Shown: one piece after another, positions 16,526-20,000 of the stretch
Layout: the number at the start of each line of letters is the position of its first letter
How positions within the stretch are numbered: the first letter of the stretch is position 1
From: an uncultured virus (IMG/VR IMGVR_UViG_3300030708_001952)
Lineage: Duplodnaviria; Heunggongvirae; Uroviricota; Caudoviricetes
Length of the DNA stretch: 20,000 nucleotides
Direction: 5' to 3' (one strand)
IMG/VR virus record: IMGVR_UViG_3300030708_001952
Notes under the pieces: generated by a model
What the model saw: only the letters and a program-made list of their open reading frames with translations
Database searches by the model: none
What the model was told of the DNA's origin: nothing
Program-made: the position numbers and the translations under genes

Positions 16526-16690
16526 ATGTGGGATGAGATCCAAGACGCCCCAGGCGAGATTTTCGACACTGCAGCACGGGACGCAGCCCTAGATGCTCTG
16601 ATTGAGGATGCCCTGTTCGATCGTGAGGACATCTCCTGCGATTCTGATGATGTCGCTCACGTGTTCAACCTGATCGGAGACAATCTTTGA
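16526..16690 (+). CDS. Small acidic protein (not in ORF track)
   Basis: MWDEIQDAPGEIFDTAARDAALDALIEDALFDREDISCDSDDVAHVFNLIGDNL* (54 aa). Confidence 0.7.
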   Translation: MWDEIQDAPGEIFDTAARDAALDALIEDALFDREDISCDSDDVAHVFNLIGDNL

Positions 16691-16875
16691 TCCGTCTACT
16701 GCAACTCACAGGGGCGTTCGCCGCTGGTATGATTGTTTCAAATCAGGAGATCCGATCGGGTCTTCAGGTTAACGCCGCCTCAGCGTTACGAGGCACCGCC
16801 CAATTGATTCAACCCGATGACCGCAACCTACACAGTGCCCCAGAAGGACACCTTCAACGGATGGGCGAACTATGA
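16687..16875 (+). CDS. Possible small protein with hydrophobic N-terminus
   Basis: TTG start overlaps the previous stop (TTGA); overlaps the next gene by 59 nt. Confidence 0.4.
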   Translation: MIRLLQLTGAFAAGMIVSNQEIRSGLQVNAASALRGTAQLIQPDDRNLHSAPEGHLQRMGEL

Positions 16876-17098
16876 GACCTGGAACGCCTCTCTGTGGATC
16901 AACAACGACGAACCGATGTACCGTCTCGCTGTGTCCTACGTTGAGCAGGCACGACGCTTCGGGCAGGCGATCCGATACGACTCCCTCATCCCAGCCCTAG
17001 AATACAACTTCGGGCAGATGACCCCCGATGGTGTCCGTTGGATGGATGGACGGATCGACACCGATGAGATGGACGAGATGCTGGCAGAGATCGCCTGA
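16817..17098 (+). CDS. Conserved phage protein of unknown function
   Basis: Motif FNGWANYETWNASLWINNDE..Y...TPDGVRW. Confidence 0.85.
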   Translation: MTATYTVPQKDTFNGWANYETWNASLWINNDEPMYRLAVSYVEQARRFGQAIRYDSLIPALEYNFGQMTPDGVRWMDGRIDTDEMDEMLAEIA

Positions 17099-17109
17099 TC
17101 TGCTACAAT
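17081..17109 (+). promoter_or_regulatory. Sigma70-like promoter for the nuclease gene
   Basis: CTGGCA-17 nt-TACAAT with extended TG. Confidence 0.55.
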
Positions 17110-17131
17110 ACACACAAGCGAACGAACCCCG

Positions 17132-17644
17132 ATGCTCACCACCACCAAAGCACAGCAACGCTACCTCGATGCCTTCGCTGCTCTCTATGAGGCAGCGGAG
17201 GAGATGAACGCAGGCGACCCGATGTCCTATGCTCGCAGCAGGGAGATCCACCTGGCGTGCATCCTTGGGCATAGCGTGGCGGATACCTACAGCGGGGCTG
17301 ATGCCTATGAGGCAGACGGCACCCCCGTAGAGTATAAGAGCACCATAGGCAAGAACATCAGCGCCACCTACAACGGCATCAGCGTTCAACCCACCTGGGA
17401 GGATCAGGAGGCATACCTCATCGAGCATAAGATCGGGTGCTACCCTCGCCACTACTATGCACGCTATGAAGGACCGAAGGTCGTTGAGGTGTGGGTGATG
17501 GATTCGGACACCGTGCTGTCCCTGCTGCTGCCCAAGGCAGAGAAGCAATATAGCACCAAGCGCAACGGCAAGGCGAAAGACCCACGGATCGGCGTGACGA
17601 TCAGCAGCGGCGAGATCCGCAAGTTTGGACGCCGCATCGTGTGA
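17132..17644 (+). CDS. PvuII-like PD-(D/E)xK endonuclease
   Basis: GADAYEADGTPVEYKS (D57/E67/K69) aligns with the PvuII catalytic stretch GNDAVDNAGQEYELKS (recalled). Similar length, and the C-terminal A.Y.G....V and DPRI parallel PvuII. Confidence 0.7.
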   Translation: MLTTTKAQQRYLDAFAALYEAAEEMNAGDPMSYARSREIHLACILGHSVADTYSGADAYEADGTPVEYKSTIGKNISATYNGISVQPTWEDQEAYLIEHKIGCYPRHYYARYEGPKVVEVWVMDSDTVLSLLLPKAEKQYSTKRNGKAKDPRIGVTISSGEIRKFGRRIV

Positions 17645-17698
17645 CGTTCGGGCTAGTGGCACAGCATCGGTTGTGGTGGGTGCCTGAGGTCCTATACT
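17641..17698 (+). promoter_or_regulatory. Early-type promoter element 8
   Basis: GTGACGTT-CGGG-CTAGTGGCAC (17641-17662), then TATACT at 17693-17698. Confidence 0.7.
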
Positions 17699-17721
17699 AG
17701 GAGCAACAAAGAAACAAACCA

Positions 17722-17922
17722 ATGGCACGACCCTCTGACTTCCCTATGGCACAATCCCTGTTCGATGAGGATGGCATCTATGCATCCAACCCCTTCCTGA
17801 AGTCCATCGCGATGGAGTGCATCGAGTCTGACCGTCGAGCCCGTGCTTGCCGCCGTGCTGCTAACGACCTGATCGATGACGGTGGACAGTGGGGCATCTG
17901 GAACATCAGCGATCGGGACTGA
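17722..17922 (+). CDS. Hypothetical early protein
   Basis: 66-aa ORF after element 8. Confidence 0.75.
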   Translation: MARPSDFPMAQSLFDEDGIYASNPFLKSIAMECIESDRRARACRRAANDLIDDGGQWGIWNISDRD

Positions 17923-17939
17923 CCCCGATCCGCTATAAT
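17882..17939 (+). promoter_or_regulatory. Early-type promoter element 9 (degenerate)
   Basis: GTGGACAGT-GGGG-CATCTGGAAC (17882-17904), hairpin GATCGGG-ACTGAC-CCCGATC, then TATAAT at 17934-17939. Confidence 0.65.
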
Positions 17940-17960
17940 TACAGCAACAGCAACCAACCA

Positions 17961-18104
17961 ATGCGAATCGCCCTCCTCGCCCTGACCGTCTTCTTCGGTA
18001 CTCTGATCGGTACCCAAGCGATCACCTCAGTCTCTGAGATGCAAGACGCAAAAATGCAGAAACTGTGCACCGCTGGTTTACAGTCAGCGTGCGCCACTAA
18101 GTAA
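17961..18104 (+). CDS. Small secreted/membrane peptide
   Basis: MRIALLALTVFFGTLIGTQAITS is signal-peptide-like; the start is placed after element 9. Confidence 0.7.
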   Translation: MRIALLALTVFFGTLIGTQAITSVSEMQDAKMQKLCTAGLQSACATK

Positions 18105-18116
18105 CACTAACCCCTT

Positions 18117-18153
18117 CGCCCCCTATCTGACAGTAACCGATAGGGGGCGTTTC
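18117..18153 (+). terminator. Terminator-like hairpin closing the early cluster
   Basis: 11-bp stem CGCCCCCTATC / GATAGGGGGCG, followed by TTTCT. Confidence 0.75.
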
Positions 18154-18200
18154 TATAGAGAATTCGCAATGAGCAATCTATAACGAACCATTTTCGACAT

Positions 18201-18207
18201 CTAAATA
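18201..18207 (+). promoter_or_regulatory. Possible late promoter (CTAAATA)
   Basis: Lies in an AT-rich intergenic region upstream of an operon leading into a structural gene. Confidence 0.5.
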
Positions 18208-18263
18208 TAGAAGGAATAAAAATATTTTTCCCGTATAAAAAACGCCCTTTAGTATTTTCTGTT

Positions 18264-18476
18264 ATGGCTCGTAAAGCATATTGGACGATCGCAGCCCCCC
18301 ACGGTGGAAGTTTTGTAAGAGGTCTGGTATACTGGAAGGAAGGTACCCAGTGGTTTGCCGACCCAGAGAGTGCCCATCATTTCAGGACTGCAAAGACTGC
18401 AGAGAAAAAACTGCCAACTATTGAGGAGATGAAACCCGATGCAAGAGTCGTCAAAGTCAATCCAAACAATGCCTGA
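18264..18476 (+). CDS. Hypothetical protein
   Basis: 70-aa ORF. Confidence 0.7.
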   Translation: MARKAYWTIAAPHGGSFVRGLVYWKEGTQWFADPESAHHFRTAKTAEKKLPTIEEMKPDARVVKVNPNNA

Positions 18477-18678
18477 GGTATACGAAGACCCTCGGTTAAT
18501 GAGAGAGTATATCAAACTCTTAGAGGAGCGTGTGACCGCCCTAGAGGGTCAAGTCAAGGGTATGTCAATTATGTACAAGCCTCCTGGAGAGAGCAAGCAT
18601 AAGCGTTTAGCAGAGTATCTGGACACCCTTGACAATCGTGTGATGACACTAGAGATTAGACAGGAGTTAGATATCTAA
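18469..18678 (+). CDS. Small coiled-coil protein
   Basis: In frame with ORF 18439..18678; ATG 18469 (MPEVYEDP) overlaps the previous stop. Heptads LEERVTALE and LDNRVMTLE. Confidence 0.7.
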   Translation: MPEVYEDPRLMREYIKLLEERVTALEGQVKGMSIMYKPPGESKHKRLAEYLDTLDNRVMTLEIRQELDI

Positions 18679-18679
18679 G

Positions 18680-20000
18680 ATGGTGAACTTTGAAGGTGGA
18701 CTCACAATCACTTCACCATATGGTTCAGCCCTAGGACAATCGTTCAGTAGTAGGTTTGGATCAGAGGATGTCCCCACGATGGGACCGAGTGATGATGAGG
18801 AATACTTTGAATATATTTTCACGGCGAACCCTGTAAGTGGTGACGACGAATCGGATCGTTGTGATTATATCCCGTATAGTATTCGTGTCACTGGAGAAGA
18901 GCAATACTTTTCGATGTGGATATGCGATAGCTCGACACCACGATGTTCAGTGCGTAATGCCACAGGTAATTTTAAGGTAGGGGAGACCATCACTAGTGAT
19001 GCAGGTGGCACTGCTACTGTAAAGGAATGGCATAATTTCAGGGAACCGAATGGCTTAGATATTATTGAGTTAGATAATCCTTCTGGTAATTTTGCAGGTA
19101 GTGTAGTAACTGGGTCTACTAGCGGGGCGACCGCCGATGCTATTGGAGGATGGTACGATACACCACAGGCTACACAGTTTGGTTTATATCTAATCCAAAT
19201 AGAACCCATCACAGCGACTCTGAGCGGGTTCTATGCCTATGATAAGCAGGTACAGTATACAAAGTACCTACAACCGCGTTGCGACACGTTGGTGGACATC
19301 TGTGGACCCGTTGCCGAGTATGGTCAAGTAGACTTTGGAACATCAAAGCCTTATGCACCGTGTGAGGTAAAAGATATTGGAAAGCAAGTAGAAGAACAGT
19401 TTGGAGATATATTTGGCAAACCCGAGATTGTTTGTAGTAGAGAGAGCGTTTGGCCAAACTCTGTAGATACTGGTGTATATGAACCAGTGCCGATCTTAGG
19501 GTATAAAGGAACAAAAGGATTTGAGGAAAACTATTCAGAGGGTGAACCTGTTGAATTTGCTCAGATTGAGAATGTTCCGATGATGAATGAGTATAAGGAG
19601 ATATACGAGAAGTATAGAAAAACCTTAGGCAATAATTGTGAACCAATGACGGGTGAAGGTATCCAGACATTGATTGATGAGATTCTGGAGCCTGCTGATG
19701 CGGTAAAGAACTTCAATAAGATTAAAACCAATAGTAAGACAAAAGAATCTCTTGCTGGTAAGCAATTAGATCTTGGTACAGAAGGTGTCAAGGATGCATT
19801 ACAGAAGCAGAAGACATTCTTCTGTGGTCAGGATGATATTCTAGGTGCGCAGTTAGCAATGGCTGACTTCATTGAGGTACCTGTACAATCTACAGTACCG
19901 TCGAACTGGTATAAGGAGATTGCGCAAGAATGGAACACACCATCATTCCGTGGTGTACCACCTGCAGGTCCTAGTATTAAGTGGAGCATTTTTAACTACA
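18680..20000 (+). CDS. Virion structural protein, 3'-truncated (missing from the ORF track because there is no stop in the window)
   Basis: MVNFEGGLTITSPYG... appears open to the window end. It contains GNFKVGETITS..GGTATVKEW and SGNF...VTGSTSGATA, repeats seen in cyanophage neck/baseplate-type proteins. Confidence 0.75.
   Translation, partial: MVNFEGGLTITSPYGSALGQSFSSRFGSEDVPTMGPSDDEEYFEYIFTANPVSGDDESDRCDYIPYSIRVTGEEQYFSMWICDSSTPRCSVRNATGNFKVGETITSDAGGTATVKEWHNFREPNGLDIIELDNPSGNFAGSVVTGSTSGATADAIGGWYDTPQATQFGLYLIQIEPITATLSGFYAYDKQVQYTKYLQPRCDTLVDICGPVAEYGQVDFGTSKPYAPCEVKDIGKQVEEQFGDIFGKPEIVCSRESVWPNSVDTGVYEPVPILGYKGTKGFEENYSEGEPVEFAQIENVPMMNEYKEIYEKYRKTLGNNCEPMTGEGIQTLIDEILEPADAVKNFNKIKTNSKTKESLAGKQLDLGTEGVKDALQKQKTFFCGQDDILGAQLAMADFIEVPVQSTVPSNWYKEIAQEWNTPSFRGVPPAGPSIKWSIFNY

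Noticed and set aside
16997..17728. 243-aa minus-strand ORF
   Set aside because: Antisense shadow of the GC-rich nuclease gene; no promoter, RBS or recognisable motif.
8232..17904. Repeated palindromes as a CRISPR array or integron attC sites
   Set aside because: Copies are degenerate, separated by whole genes and tied to -10 boxes; no cas or integrase gene and no GTTRRRY/RYYYAAC core arrangement were seen.
16260..18025. GATC-rich tract as cyanobacterial HIP1 (GCGATCGC) repeats
   Set aside because: No full GCGATCGC was seen here; the flanking bases vary.
18865..19791. Three minus-strand ORFs in the ORF track
   Set aside because: They lie antisense to the long + strand structural ORF starting at 18680.
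1..20000. tRNA/rRNA genes, diversity-generating retroelement or invertase-type tail-fibre switch
   Set aside because: No cloverleaf or T-loop motif in the intergenic gaps, no reverse transcriptase or recombinase, and the adaptor paralogues are too diverged at DNA level to be template/variable repeats.

Overview
This window looks like part of a T4-like marine cyanophage (Synechococcus/Prochlorococcus myovirus) genome; the assignment rests on gene families and promoter types recognised from memory, without database searches. Bases 1-7963 are a late structural block of tail-fibre or receptor-binding proteins: an FN3-like protein, two paralogous adaptor fibres each followed by a distinct tip protein (one SUEL/rhamnose-lectin-like, one a 1400-aa beta-propeller-like protein) and a late promoter. 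Bases ~7990-18150 are a hypervariable cluster of about 40 small, mostly + strand genes. Nine copies of one regulatory unit (a ~22-bp imperfect palindrome, a 29-30 nt often hairpin-forming spacer, then a -10 box) punctuate this cluster. It includes two 2OG-Fe(II) oxygenases, a phage-tail-type lysozyme, a KTSC-like protein and a PvuII-like endonuclease with no methyltransferase in the window. A non-coding AT-rich gap at ~14370-14640 carries cyanobacterial-type DnaA boxes (TTTTCCACA) and divergent promoters, and is a candidate origin or DnaA decoy. From ~18200 a late-promoter block resumes, ending in a structural gene truncated by the window edge.
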